Part shown: piece by piece, positions 1-13,019 of the stretch
How positions within the stretch are numbered: position 1 is the first letter of the stretch
How the letters are laid out: each line of letters begins with the position of its first letter
From: Tubiluchus corallicola
Lineage: Eukaryota > Animalia > Priapulida
Assembly: GCA_030141605.1 (NCBI GenBank)
Contig: JAQGDQ010000444.1
Span: 130,720 to 194,719 of the forward strand
Direction of reading: 5' to 3'
Length of the DNA: 64,000 nucleotides
Translations under genes and position numbers: made by a program
The notes under the pieces: model-generated
The model's database searches: none
Told to the model about the DNA's origin: nothing
What the model saw: the letters and a program-made list of their open reading frames with translations, nothing else

Positions 1-429
1 AACTAGGGTGCTATAAATGCTCTGATTATCTTTTTAAATTTCACTAAGTGTTATCTAAACTTGTTTCGAACGACCTACCATCAAACTAACTACGCCTAAC
101 GGTCATCGCAAGAGTCTAAATTTACAAGTTTTCTATAGCGTTACTGCTGATACAAGACCTGCACGCAAAAAGGTGCAATGTAAATGGTATAAAATTTCGA
201 GACGATTTTTTTTAAGTTATATGTGAGTGGGGGGTTTCTTGTGCTTATTGACTTTTGTCAATTGCACTTTTTCAATGCACTTCTTGCTCTTGTTGCCTCT
301 ATAGCCAACGTTGATATTGTGTAGCCGATGTTGCCATTGTAGCCAATTTTGCTAGTATAGCGAGAGAGAGATTATTATTGTTATAATCCTTTGATTAAAA
401 TTTAAAATTACACACATGTACAATATTTA

Positions 430-3400
430 CAAATTGTTCGTATTAATATTTTTCCAAAAGAAACTTACCAATAGATCTTAGAGGTTTCTTAAAATTGTCA
501 GCAGAACTTTTGTATCAATTTAGTGTCTAGCAGATTAAATTAGTTAATGAAATTGACTTATGATGAACAAAACTTATCTTAAGGGAAAACATTAAGCAAG
601 TCGTCCATATGTGAGGGTGAATGACTGATTTTGTTCTTCACTTGCAAAGGCTGAGGGCCAATGAATTGTGTAGGAAAAAACAATTTTTCCGAAAACAGAC
701 TGTCGAGTAATTTCTTTTTCTAATGTATTTTCAAAAAAACCATGTGAAATAACTCCACCCCTAAAAAAACATATGGCATTAAATTTAACATTGGGATGAA
801 CTAAGGCGTTGAACCCAATGGATTCAAGCATTTCACGGAAATCACATATTCAACATATTGTAATAATTGGCATCTTTTTGAAAATCAGACATCAACTCAA
901 CCATGATGCAAAGATGCTATTACATTATTCATTATAATTCACCCCCATCTGTGTGAACTAGAACTGAATAACATGCATCAGCTAGAACTGACAAAACTTT
1001 TATGTTCAATCACAACAAGCTCTTTGAAGCGTTTCTAAACTACTGTCAACCCGTCTCATCTTCGCGAGTATTCAACACGTTTTGTTTCTAACTAGACGTA
1101 CTGTGTACAGAGATACTAGGAAACGAAAAAAACTTTAGAATCAATTTTTTTGCTTTGGAACAGCATAATAAAAATATAACCTAAATATAACTTAAAAATA
1201 TTACCTATAGCAACATAATAGACAACCATATGTCTATGCTTATTCTTAGCTACATAGATACTATCTGAACTGTCATTACTAGATAACATTTTACTAATTA
1301 TATTCATTATTTCTTTTATCATTAATTCATTTAAATTGTCTTTTGCCATGGATTTTGCATTGAATTGTGTTTTACAGCTAAGAAGAAGGATAGTGTACAT
1401 GCAGACTCATCATTAAAAAATATTTCTTAAATTGTACTTATAATATGATAATGCTGTTTTTGTTTGTTTTCTTGCATATTCTTTTCATGCTCACCTACAT
1501 ATTATCAAGCTACATATAGTTCTTGCTTGATTTAATCATTTTCATCTACTGTGTCTATCCATGTGTTGCTCTTGTCAGAAAGTCAAATAATTTTTACAAT
1601 TTTTTTCTTTATTTATTTTCACACTCTTTTGTTGTTGATGTTATTATTCTATATTTATTGTAAGCTCTGTCGTCATATTTTTTAATTATCACCTATTTTT
1701 TGTAAATTTTTAATAATTTTGTCTGAGAAGGGTAGTTTACCTGGTTATCCCTTGCTACCCTTTTTCTACAATTCCAGTGATACATTTTTGATATCTTCGT
1801 ACTTATACTGCTTCTTATTATTCGTTTTACTCGGTAAATTGAAGAAATAAATAACTAAAAAAAGCCTAATTCTATGTCAAATGAAATGAACAAATTAGAA
1901 ATAAAAGAGTTTGTAAACTGCACAAAATCAGAATTTTAATTCACACTTTAGCTGTTTTAAGCAAAGTTTTAATTGCCTAGCCTAGCTTGGAAATTAAGAC
2001 AACGCATCATTGTACTCGACTGAGAATTTACAATAGCAGACAATGTTTTTTAATTATTACTTCAAATAATATTTTATAGCTTAGAGAACAATATTTGACA
2101 ACACCCTTTGTAACATTCGAAATATTAGCACACCCGCAATCGCATTATAATAATAAAAATTGAAATGTTTTTAAGGTTAAAAAAGGTTTCATTTTTTAAA
2201 TTGCTAACTGCTTTATTTACAGGTTATCAAATGAGACCTTCAGTGGAGCTTCAAGAAGTTCATGTGGCTAAAAGACACGTTAAAAACTGAAACTTTTAAC
2301 CCATTCTACCTAATATGTCTCACTGCAACGTTGGAAACGTCTAGGACACCACAATTACGAGAAAATCAGTCTTTTTCCTTTAACAGCTCAACGAATCATT
2401 TGCATTGTTGCAAAATGTTAGTTGACTCTCAATTATAACAGACTATGATGACTATGTTGTATATGTATACAGTGCATTGAAGTCAGTTAAAGAGGTGCAT
2501 CAACTGACATGTTTTGCAATTTGCCATAGAGAAAGATGGGATTCTCAGCAAAACATTTCATGTAGAAACAGCTCTAAGAAAATTGATAGAAGCTATAGCA
2601 GACAGATCTGTTCCTTGGAACTTAATGCATGATGAAAGAAATTATACCAGGAGAATGAGCGAAAATCGAAAACTGTTTGAAACGGACTGAAATCGACGTT
2701 CGTCAATCTTGAGAACAAATAATCATAGTGGAGTGTCATCTAAAAACAAAAGAAAACTGATGATTATGGTTAATGAATAATTGATTCTTAAAAGTCTGCA
2801 AGAGACAGTGAGTTACACTGTTGCTTCAGTAATTTAGTTTATTTCGCATTCTGAGATTGAGTGAAATATCTGCAAGTATGTGCAAATGTGAAAGCTTGTA
2901 TTGCCAATATTTTTTGTCTTTGCATAATAAGACAATACAAATTTGTTGTTCTGCATACAAAACTAAGTGTTGTATATCTTCGAACTGCTGATTTTGGATA
3001 TTTTTGGCATGACAGACTAGCAATTGTTTGATGAACATAATAAATTGTTTTGTACTATTACTCATTGTTTCTGTGTACCTTGTTACCTTGAATCTTCCAC
3101 TTTTGGAACTGTACAATCGGCAATCACCTAGTCAAAAACAAGAGTTACTTTAAAAATGTAGTCTGTAGATGGATGTAGCAGACCTTTAGCTAACTTAGGC
3201 TCATGTGGACGAGCATACGTCCTTGATTAGCAGACTTTTCCAATGTGTTACTGTTCCGGTTGGTGGTACCTCTTTTAGTAATGTGGTCCTACCTAGGCCA
3301 TGGTCCTACAGAAAATAGTAAATCAGTTAAAATGTTAAGCCTATATTGTTATAATTAACTAAAAAAATAATAATGATCATCAAGACAGATGCCTTTTCGT

Positions 3401-4075
3401 CATTTTACTTCATATTTGACATGCATTGAGACGCCATTTCCAAAATATGAATCCTCATAGGTAACAACAGGTAAGTTAACTTAATCTAATCAAAACGCAC
3501 ATTTAACTATTATTATAAACTATTTTTGTTATTTAATGAACAAAAATCCTCAACACCTGTCACACAGACCAACCTACAGTAAGCCGTCAACCATAATCAG
3601 TGGCTTGTTGTCAAACAAGCATTAATTTCCTTTACCATAAGGCTTTTAGTTTCTGGTTTTCACTGTGTAGTCCGGAATGCGAAGCATGGCATTACTCGAT
3701 TACTGATTAGCGTCAGCTTTGAGATATGAAGTATTACCAAACAGGGCATTTTTCTAGCTGCCGTAAAAGTCAACAGATTGTTACAGACATAGTCCGGAAT
3801 GCGAAGCATTGGGTTATTCGTGCCCGGATTTGTGTCAGCTTTGAGATAAAAAGTACTGCTATGACAGGGCATTTTTGTGCCAAATTTTAGTTTCCTAACT
3901 GGCGTAAAAGTCGAATGATTGTTACAGATATAGTCTGGAATGTGAAGCATCATTTCATTGGTCGATTACAGATTTACGTCAGCTTTGAGATTCAAAGAAC
4001 TACCATGACAGGGCATTTTTGTACCAAAATTTTAGCTTCCTTGCTGGCATAAACGCCACCTGATTATTACTGCTC
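430..4075 (+). repeat. Dispersed long repeat 'module A', copy 1
   Basis: Colinear similarity to 26100-29035 and to 42075-49915. Shared anchors include tgatgaacaaaactt, ggctgagggccaa, cactgagttacactgttgcttcagt and gtagcagacctttag. Confidence 0.85.
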
Positions 4076-4080
4076 TAGTA
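3660..4080 (+). repeat. Diverged ~120-145 bp tandem repeat (about 3 units)
   Basis: Recurring agtccggaatgcgaagcat...gtcagctttgaga...gacagggcatttt. The same units recur at 28480-29035. Confidence 0.8.
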
Positions 4081-5074
4081 AGGTGTAACAAGCTGATTAC
4101 TATTTATCTATTATTTTTAGCATAATGACTATCTTGTGGAAATATATAAACTATTAGCTGATCCTTCCCTGCTGGCTGCTGCCATCTGTTGGCTACTGTT
4201 AAAATTATTTTGATAGAGCTACAGCTCGGTGATCGTTGAAGCACGGACTAATATGTGTTGGCTTTGAGCAGTGATTCATTTTAAGCCAGTCTGGCCCCAT
4301 GCTCTGGTGGTGTTTTTTTTCGCTGTTGGTATTCTTACCTGGACTAGTGCCACCACTGAGGTTTGTCACTGTATGGACAGACAATGTTTCGTGAGGTACC
4401 TTTACATTGCTTACAAGAACTCAGGTATGCATGCCCTCTTATGTTGCCTTAAGAGACAAGTTTACTTCGGAAGTTCAACTTAGGATCTAATGGTGGTTAT
4501 GATTAGTTTTCATAAATACGCTACTCATGTCATGTGTTGCTGAATGCTGAGTTCACACTGGCCTGTGCTCTTCCTGACAACTTTCATCTCCAACAACTGG
4601 AAATGACTCTTTAATGTTACGTTCTAGTGCAGAAGTTTACTCATCTGAAAACTGTGTGTGGGACTGATATGCCAAGCAGTAGCCAGTTCCTCTTTGTCTT
4701 ATGCTAATCTGATTGTATTTTTGATATTTGCCGATTGATATGTTGTTTGTTGTTGTTTAAATAAGTATGGAAACTTTGTTTCACAGTTTTGTTTTCTCAT
4801 TTACATTGCCTTCACAGAAAAGCTTGATAAAGTCTGGTGAGTTCCCACTATTCTGAATTAATGCTAAAATTCCATGGTTGATCTCTGGTTTCCATGTTCT
4901 TGCCCTCGTAGTACAATCAGCCTTAACGCTCATGGCAAGAAGATTTAGGAATAACAAAACTAAAGTCACTTTGAAGATTATGTTTATGTATTGTTTACAT
5001 ATTTCAAGTAAAGTTTTTGCCCAAGACCAGAGCTATCTTGTTACATAGTATAAACGAGTCTTCTTTTTTTTGAA

Positions 5075-5256
5075 AACGTAGTTGTAAAAAAATATTTCTT
5101 GACGGACAAAAATTTCGGCAGATTTTTAGCATTTCCTACATTTTTTTGCCAGAACTCCTTCATAGATAAGCAATTTCACGGAAAGTGTAATAAAATATTC
5201 TCTGTAAAGCGTAGCTACATAATGCCGAATAATAAGTTGTATTATATGTTTATTGG
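5075..5256 (+). repeat. Short dispersed repeat, direct copy of 10363-10616
   Basis: cagaactcctt...gaaagtgtaataaaatat.ctctgtaaagcgtagctacataatgcc.aataataagttgt occurs at both loci. Confidence 0.85.
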
Positions 5257-5642
5257 GCACAAATAATCAATAGAGCATCGACAATTACAGCCATTTTCAA
5301 AATTGTAAGTCATGGCAAAAAAGAAATTATTAGTACCTTGATGGCACTAAAACAGAAATGCATAAAATGTCAATACAAATCAGCAGATTAGAATTTAAAT
5401 TGTGAAAATTAACATGGATGCAACTAGAAGAAATTGCACAGAGACGTAAAAAATTTTTACTTTACATATTAATAAATGATTAATAAATTTATGAATTTAA
5501 ATTTATTAAAAGATTAATAAATGACCATAACACAATTAGTAAACGATTAGTCGAAATCTATGTAATTAAGAATCACAGTAATAAGAGTTATAAGAATTAT
5601 TAACATTAAATTTTGCATAATTTACAACAAGGGAAACACAAA

Positions 5643-5671
5643 ACTAGAAACGCTCGGCATTTGTAATCGAG
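5643..5671 (-). mobile_element. Possible Helitron-like 3' terminus
   Basis: Minus strand reads ctcgattacaaatgccgag-cgttt-CTAG-T, an imperfect GC hairpin shortly before CTAG|T. No 5' end or Rep/Hel sequence was identified. Confidence 0.3.
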
Positions 5672-6299
5672 ATTAAATCCACAAGGACCACGACAGAACT
5701 TAAAAAACAGAGTCAAGCTGAATTAAAACACAGAAATGAGACATGGTGCTACCGATGATAGCTGGCTGTGTAGAATTGTGCAGGGCTTCATTTTATACAA
5801 GTCCTTTGCTTGCTTAAGATCTTGAATATTTCTTCCACTACTTCAAATGTATAATTCAGTGTCAAAGCCATCGCAATGACCCCCGCATGTAGTGAGAGTA
5901 AGCTGGTCCTTGCGTTGCTCCCCAATTCTGGTACAAAGGTGACGCTTCATCTGTCAGATGTAAGACGCATGGCAAACACCATAGGTGTACTGATACGTCA
6001 CACGCCATAGGTCTGCTCATACACTACATTTGAATGTAATGGGCTTTGAGTGCTTTTTGCAATGGCGGCTTGTAGCTAAAATTAGTGGGGGTGTTGTTTC
6101 AGAAAATTTTTAGCCAATGTTTTTATACTGTGTAAAACGTGACAAATGTATGCAATTTTAATGTAGCAGTTATACTTGAAGACCAGGTGTTGAAATAATA
6201 TCAAATCAGCAATTACTTGAATTCTGCAAAAAGTGCGGGGCCATTGGACATACCAATAAAAATTGTTAAAACCTGTAGCATTATTATTACACATTAGTT

Positions 6300-7745
6300 A
6301 TATTTTCAATCAAATACTTATGCGTAGTAAGTTCCCAGATTTATGCAAAACTGCAAATGTAACACCCATGCTACACACGGAGAGTCAGAAGATATGAATA
6401 ATTGTCGTCCAATATTCATAGTACATTGTAAAACAATAACATATACAAACAGCAATTTGGCTTTTGAAAACGGCATTCTACTATTGACGCAATAACTTTC
6501 GTGAGAGAAAAATGGCGTTACTCACTAAACAATGAAGAATTTGTTGCAGCTGCATTTCTTGATGTTAGTCAGGCATTTAATAGCTTATCTCAACCAATGC
6601 TTGTGTGAAAGCTATACACTTTTGCCCTTAACAACTGTTCTTTTAATAGAATACATGACTACTTAAAAGACAGGAGGCAGCAGTGTTCCTTATTGTTTAA
6701 TATATATGTAAATGATTTCCCAACCATAATTGATAATTGTTCCATAACTCAATATGCTGATAATACAAATGTAACTACTAACGATTCTAATCCTAATGTA
6801 GCAGTAAAAACTTTAGGCAGCAAAATTAAAGATTATCACCATTTAAAACTTAACACAGATAAAACTGTTTTTTATTACTCACAGAGAAAGCCTATAAGGT
6901 ACTTATGATGGTGCTAATATATCCTTGTATTCTTGTAACGAAACAATACAGCAATCAAATAACACAAAATATTTAGGGATGGAAATACACAATAAACTTA
7001 CATGAAACGGTCAAGTAAATAACATAATACAGAGAATGGGAAATAGAACGTCACTTTTAAGACAAGTCAAAAGACAACTAAACAATTAATTTAGAAAACA
7101 CTGGTCCTCTCTCACCTAAGATAACGCAAGCACTCTGTACAATTAGCACGAAAGTGATATAAAATTTCATGACGAATTTTTAACTTGATTTATGAGGAGT
7201 GTTTTCTTGTGCTCTAAACAACAACACCAACATAAACAACGCAGTTTTTAAGAAGTAGATAAAATTTTTAATGCAAAACTGTGCCCTAAAACTAGTTCTT
7301 GGGTATTCAAACAAACAGTCATCTTATAGCAATTACTCCGCTATAGCAAATAGACAAAATTAAATATTCGTATCATCGAAGCATACTTGCAGTATTACAG
7401 CCTAATATTCCTATATAAATATTTAAATAACTGTAATAATAGAATACCTTTTATTAAAGACCAACAAACTAATAAACAAACGTTCAATGTTAAACCGATT
7501 GAAACGAATAAGAAATACGGACGTTATTCAATTTCAAAGAATAAAAAATTGCAATTTTAGAATTTTGTGAGTGTTCAAATTAAGGAGAATTAATTAATAA
7601 TTGTAGATTTTAAAGTAGATTTAGTAGCTATTGCTTTCATCTGTCCTCTCGCTGTTTGTACACAAAAATTTTATGTATATGTATTTTGTATAGTACAGTT
7701 CGTGTACATTAATTGCAATAAAGATTATTATTATATTATTATTAT
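6300..7745 (+). mobile_element. Decayed 5'-truncated LINE (CR1/L2-group-like RT and 3' end)
   Basis: Broken frames give QQFGF, AAFLDVSQAF, LFNIYVNDFP...TQYADNT and KYLGMEIHNKLT. AATAAA plus an (ATT)n tail lies at ~7717-7745. Related to 57470-58787. Confidence 0.85.
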
Positions 7746-8000
7746 ATATGATTATACAAAAATTCACTGTAACGGTGTTTACAAAATGTTTCCGACTATG
7801 TCAGTGTATATTGCGTATTGAATTCATTTAACAAAAAAAAGAATAAAAACAATGGCAACAGCACAATTTACACAAATATAACACATAGTTACTGGAGTAA
7901 AATTCATGCAAAACGCTAGCTTGTTTTTAGTTTGGGATTATTGGCGATTCTTTAATTTGCTGTTTTATGTTTCTTATTTTTTAAATTGTTTTGGGCATTG

Positions 8001-9029
8001 TTATAATATGCATGGGTAGTCAAACATGTTCATCTCCTCTTTATATTCCTCACAGAGCAGTTTAAGAGTTAATTGTGAAACGTTTTGGTAGTAATATCCA
8101 AAAAGCGGCCATGATGCTCTCTCGTGGCTCTTGTCTGATTCGATTTTTTTTGGAAAACGGACTAAGTGGCTTATATTCAGTAAATTTATTAAGTAACTCG
8201 CGTCATCTTGTATTGTTTCGTATTTTCCTATGAAGTCATAATTGACATTGCATGGCTCGCATAACTTACCATAAGATGCCCAGTGCAAGTTCATGCTACT
8301 CTTCGTCTTTGATTCAGGTTGCAATAAAAATTCTAAAAACTCTTCAAATTTTTCGCCAGTAACGTTACGCCCAGTTTCTGTGTTTATTCGATTCAAATAT
8401 TTACGGATGTTAGTTATGTACTTTCCGTGGTTGTTTTTCCATCCAGACAATGCCTTATCCCGGAATGCAGAAACTATGCGGTCCAAAGGATTTCTCACAA
8501 ATATAAACTTGAAAAAGGTTTTAATCATAATTTCCTGCTGTGCTGGTCTGTACTGAGAAAATTTGGATATATTGGTTTTGTGCGCCTGAATTTGTCTTAC
8601 ATTCATTACATCGCCAATGGTTTGATTTTCTAACACCCACATTATTCGCTTAAAATTTGTTGTAGCAACTTTAGGTATTGGACAGTAGATAAATTTAAAC
8701 TCTTCGTTCACTAATAGACGATGTTTAATGCCTATAAACTTTAGCTGTGCTCCTCCTGTTCCACATGTTTCTGTGATGCGTTGCTTCCTTTCCTCATACT
8801 GTTTCTTTAGCACGTCCTGCTTTCCCAACGAGAACAATAAAGAGGCAAACAAGTTTTTACCTTGATCACTGATTGCTCTGATTTCATGGAAATATGACAC
8901 AGTATTTGTCAGCAGGTTTAGTCCACTAACAGCTGCTGTATTATTAATTCCAGAGAAGCAAATACTCAGCAAAAGAAACGGGGCAAAGAAAACAACTATT
9001 GCAGTGTATATCTTAAGCTTGCTTGACAT
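8001..9029 (-). CDS. Carbohydrate sulfotransferase, Sulfotransfer_2 family (CHST8-14 / HNK-1ST / chondroitin 4-O-sulfotransferase-like), 342 aa
   Basis: N-terminal hydrophobic anchor (type II membrane protein), 5'-PSB motif YCPIPKVATTNFKR, 3'-PB motif FKFIFVRNPLDRIVSAFRDK, HW motif, CEPCNVNYDFIGKYETIQDDA and C-terminal MFDY. The ORF is uninterrupted. Confidence 0.95.
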   Translation of the reverse strand: MSSKLKIYTAIVVFFAPFLLLSICFSGINNTAAVSGLNLLTNTVSYFHEIRAISDQGKNLFASLLFSLGKQDVLKKQYEERKQRITETCGTGGAQLKFIGIKHRLLVNEEFKFIYCPIPKVATTNFKRIMWVLENQTIGDVMNVRQIQAHKTNISKFSQYRPAQQEIMIKTFFKFIFVRNPLDRIVSAFRDKALSGWKNNHGKYITNIRKYLNRINTETGRNVTGEKFEEFLEFLLQPESKTKSSMNLHWASYGKLCEPCNVNYDFIGKYETIQDDASYLINLLNISHLVRFPKKIESDKSHERASWPLFGYYYQNVSQLTLKLLCEEYKEEMNMFDYPCIL

Positions 9030-9043
9030 CTTTTTGAAATGTT

Positions 9044-9066
9044 CTGAAATATAAAAAAATAGTTAC
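9044..9066 (-). promoter_or_regulatory. Splice acceptor 14 nt upstream of the sulfotransferase ATG
   Basis: Minus strand reads ...taactatttttttatatttcAG|aacatttcaaaaagATG, with a pyrimidine tract and AG. Confidence 0.6.
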
Positions 9067-10362
9067 TTTGCTTTTCGAGAAAGTAGCTTACGTAATAATT
9101 ACACATATAAATTGGAAACATTTACTCAGGTTTTTGAAACATCTACTTAATACTAGTTTTGACAAACAAACATTTTCAATGTTTTACTAAGGTCATTTTA
9201 CATAATGACTCTCAAGTTTTTCATAGTTCGTAGCACGGATTTCTTGGGAAAACTTGATTTCTTGTCAGTAATTTCGATTAAAATGAAAAAAAAACAAATT
9301 ACATTCGAGCAAAGAGCAAGCCACTTTGGTTCAGGCAAAACAGACGTGAATTGTTTAATTTATAGTATAAATTGATTAATTGTTAAATTACTATAAACTA
9401 ATTTTGCTATTGCTCAGAAGTGATCGTTTTGGCAAAATTAACAATTCATCCTATACAAAAGCAAGCTTCTCTTTGCATTTTTTCTCGTAGATTAATTTTA
9501 AAGCAGATGCAATGTTTTTAAATGATGAGTTAATATAATTTGAAATTGTGCATTCATCCGGGTAATTAGATCAAATAGGCTAATAATTTACACGTTCTCA
9601 TACTTACAATGCTAACCATTATTTTATTTAGCTACAGATTTTCACTCCTAAATCAAGTGCTTGCACATCGACGAAGATTTTGTTTGCAATTATATGCAAT
9701 GCATTTGTTGACTTTATGATATTTGCTGACTATATAACAATCAACAGCATAAAGTCAACCTAACACAATGAACTTAACACGTGCTTAGGAAACTAATACA
9801 GATATAGTAACCTTTCGTGCAGGTCTGTAATCATCTGCTGTGATTAGCGGTGTAATGTCGCAGCTCAAAAAGCGGAAAAGTTCTCTCTTACATCACGATG
9901 ACAGAATTTTAGTGAGTCCTGATGTAAGGCGTGATTGCTAAAATGGGCTGAAAATGTGTTCATTCTAGTCACTCAATCACAACTTAAAACATCATTTGAA
10001 TTTAATGCTCCCCAACTATGTGGGGAAAACTCAGGAATAGCTTGGACAGTTCAGTAACTTCTAGTGTTTCTTTTTTACGAAACACCCTTTAACTGAAAGT
10101 TATTCATAATGTGACATTTTCTAATTGTGCGAATTCGCGAATATATTTTAAAGAAATAACATGAATGCTAAATATTAAAGGTGCAGAAAAATACCATAAT
10201 TTGTACACATTTAATGTGTACATTCAATTTGGAAAAATGCTAATTGACTATAATATGTTCATTTTGTTATGATTTTTTCTGTTATGCAGAATATGAGTAC
10301 ACATATACGTTCTAAAAAGCCTTAGGTATGAAGTGAAATGAAGGAGTTTTGCGCTTTTTGAA

Positions 10363-10616
10363 TACGTAGTTGTCTTCTAGACGGGGCAGGATGATGAAAA
10401 AGCTTTCTCACCGACAGAAAAAACTTATCAGAAAACCTTTTTAGCAGAAAAATTTAGTTCACGGAAAAATATTTTCGAAGAGTTTTAGCTTTTCCCAGAA
10501 TTTTTTTTGACAGAACTCCTTCGTAGAAAACAAATTTCACAGAAAGTGTAATAAAATATCCTCTGTAAAGCGTAGCTACATAATGCCTAATAATAAGTTG
10601 TTTAAACATGTTTATT
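10363..10616 (+). repeat. Short dispersed repeat, direct copy of 5075-5256
   Basis: Shares the same anchors as 5075-5256 and runs directly into the (TAAG)n tract. Confidence 0.8.
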
Positions 10617-10741
<125 letters not shown>

Positions 10742-11214
10742 TCTTTATTTTTCACCTTTTTTACAAAAGAAAAACACGGAGCATGAAATGATAATATGAT
10801 AATATGATTCAAAGTAACAAGATTATTAAATGAATAAATTATCCAAGTTAATGATGTTCTAGTGATTGGTGAAAAGGTGGCGAAAAACTGAAAGTTACCA
10901 AAGTCAACCACCCTGTAAGTAATGTTGCTATTAGTAATAAGCGCAATTATCTTGACGAAGGTTTCAGAATAAGGTGTCTAAAACTATTGAGATTAAGTTT
11001 AAATGTGAACATAAATATCATGGACAGAAAGGCATAATAAATACATATAATGTTGATATTCTAAGCAATGTGTAAATTTATATAGAATTGCCTTACCTCT
11101 TTAACTTTCGTTTACATGTTAGTGCTGAATATGGCACGTTTCCAATAAGGCATCTAGATAGTCATGAGGCCTCTATCTGCTGTAAAATTACATTATAATG
11201 ACTAGTACTAATGG

Positions 11215-11395
11215 CTACATATAAATATATATATATACATGTACACATACATACATATGCATATATTATATACTTAATTGGATGTATGCGCTTACTTCTG
11301 CGCATATAAATAGACACATATATATATATATATATGCTCACATATGCACATACATATACATACATACACATATACATTTACACATAAATATGCAT
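11215..11395. repeat. Imperfect (TA)n/(CATA)n microsatellite
   Basis: Directly visible. Confidence 0.85.
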
Positions 11396-11672
11396 ACCTA
11401 GCAGAAAAAGGAATAAAAAAAACCAAAGTTGTTAAGAGTATCAGACAATTGGGGTATAGACATAACATAAAGTACAATTTCACAATTAGCAGTGCAATAA
11501 TATATATAAAGATGTCATTGTTACTATTTCCATTTTTACTATCTCTATGGCAAAATTCATGGTTAGCATCACTGTAAGTTGGGGTTAAGATCTTCAGCAG
11601 ATATAATAAGCGAGTTTTTACCATTCATATGTATATATTGGTTGGCGAGTTCAACTTGAGTGTAATAGTAGT

Positions 11673-13005
11673 TTAAGTATTAGTTGTGTAAACAATTCCA
11701 AGACTAGGTATAAAAAGAAATAAGCATATTTTTGTAGTTTGACACAAGGTAATTAATAGACTTGTTTTTGAGCTTCTGAGGAATAGAGTTCCAAATTCGT
11801 GGCCTTGATACTTGAGTGAACGTTGAGCGTTGGTCGTATTGCATCTTTTGACACTGTAGGTATTACTTGATGCAAACCGCGTTTGGTAGTTACGCAAAGC
11901 TGAAGGTTCACTCAAGTATCCATTAAATAGTTTGGGTAGCTTATGATTGTTGAATGTGAAAACAAATTTAGCCATTTCTAGGTTATATATATAAGTTATT
12001 TTTAAAATTGTTAGGTGATTATAATAAGGTGTTGCATGTGAAAACAATGGTCCATGGTCCCTGAAACCAGCAAAGCAGACACCTTTTACATCTTTGTTTT
12101 GAGGTACAGCAACATTGTGCATTATAGTTTTGTTGGCTGATCCCCAAGTAAGTATTCCGTATTGTAAGTAGGGAAAAACTAGTCCGTAATATATTAATTT
12201 CAAAGTTTGCGTTTCTGGGTAGTACCGAAGTTTAAAAAATAATCCTGTTATTTTACAAATTTTATACGTTATATGTTTTATATGTGTACACCAGTTGAAC
12301 TTGCTATCGATAAAGAAACCCAGATATTTTATATCATTCGACCGACTAATAGTTATGTTATTAATATTAATTTGAAAGTTGTCTACATCAGGATTCGGTT
12401 TTTAATTTGAAAAGAGAATAAACTTAGTCTTTTGATAGTTTAATGTTAGTTTATTTGCTTTCAACCAGGTATGTAGTTTATGGATATCAGGTTCAGCCAT
12501 AAGTAGGTTAGTATCATTTGCAAACATTCGTGTATCAAGGTTAGTACAACCAGGGAGGTCATTAATATACAATAAAAATAGTAACGGTCCTAAGGTAGAG
12601 CCCTGGGGAATCCCATATGTGACATGAGCTTTTTGATTTTTGGATTTAGATTTTGTATCTCCATTGGCAGTAAACTGCTTGCGATTCGTAAGATAGAAAA
12701 CAAAGAATTCAAGTGCATGACCTTTTATACCATAGTGGTTAAGTTTATCGATTAGTATATCGTGTTGGACAGTATCAAATGCTTTTTGCAAATCCAGAAA
12801 GATTCCACATGTGTACAATTTATTATCAAAATTTTCTAGTATTCTAACAACTAATTCAGATGTAGCAAGAGCTGTAGAGTATGTTTTGCGAAAACCAAAC
12901 TGAAAATCCGTTAGTATGTTAAATTTTGTTAAGAAAAGGTCAAAACGATTATACACTAATTTTTCATAAATTTTTGATATTGGGTAAAGTAATGAAATAG
13001 GTCAA
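11673..13005 (-). mobile_element. Degenerate LINE ORF2 fragment (RT and C-terminal region; L2/Crack/CR1-group-like)
   Basis: ORF 12402-12956 has FQFGFRKTYST, GIFLDLQKAFDTV, YGIKG, GIPQGSTLGPLLFLLYINDLP and MFANDT (mutated YADD). ORF 11673-12203 has YYGLVFPYLQYGILTWG. Stops and frameshifts lie between the two. Confidence 0.93.
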
Positions 13006-13019
13006 ATGGTTCAGTATAT

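Noticed and set aside
1259-1400. ~140-bp insertion relative to module A copy 3 with weak terminal inverted similarity (tactatct/ggatagtg)
   Set aside because: The TIR is short and mismatched and the TSD is ambiguous, so a MITE cannot be supported.
4140-4990. GC-richer stretch with short ORFs, possibly a retroelement relic
   Set aside because: I could not identify a diagnostic motif with confidence.
8293-8633. Plus-strand ORFs overlapping the sulfotransferase
   Set aside because: Antisense shadow frames of the real CDS.
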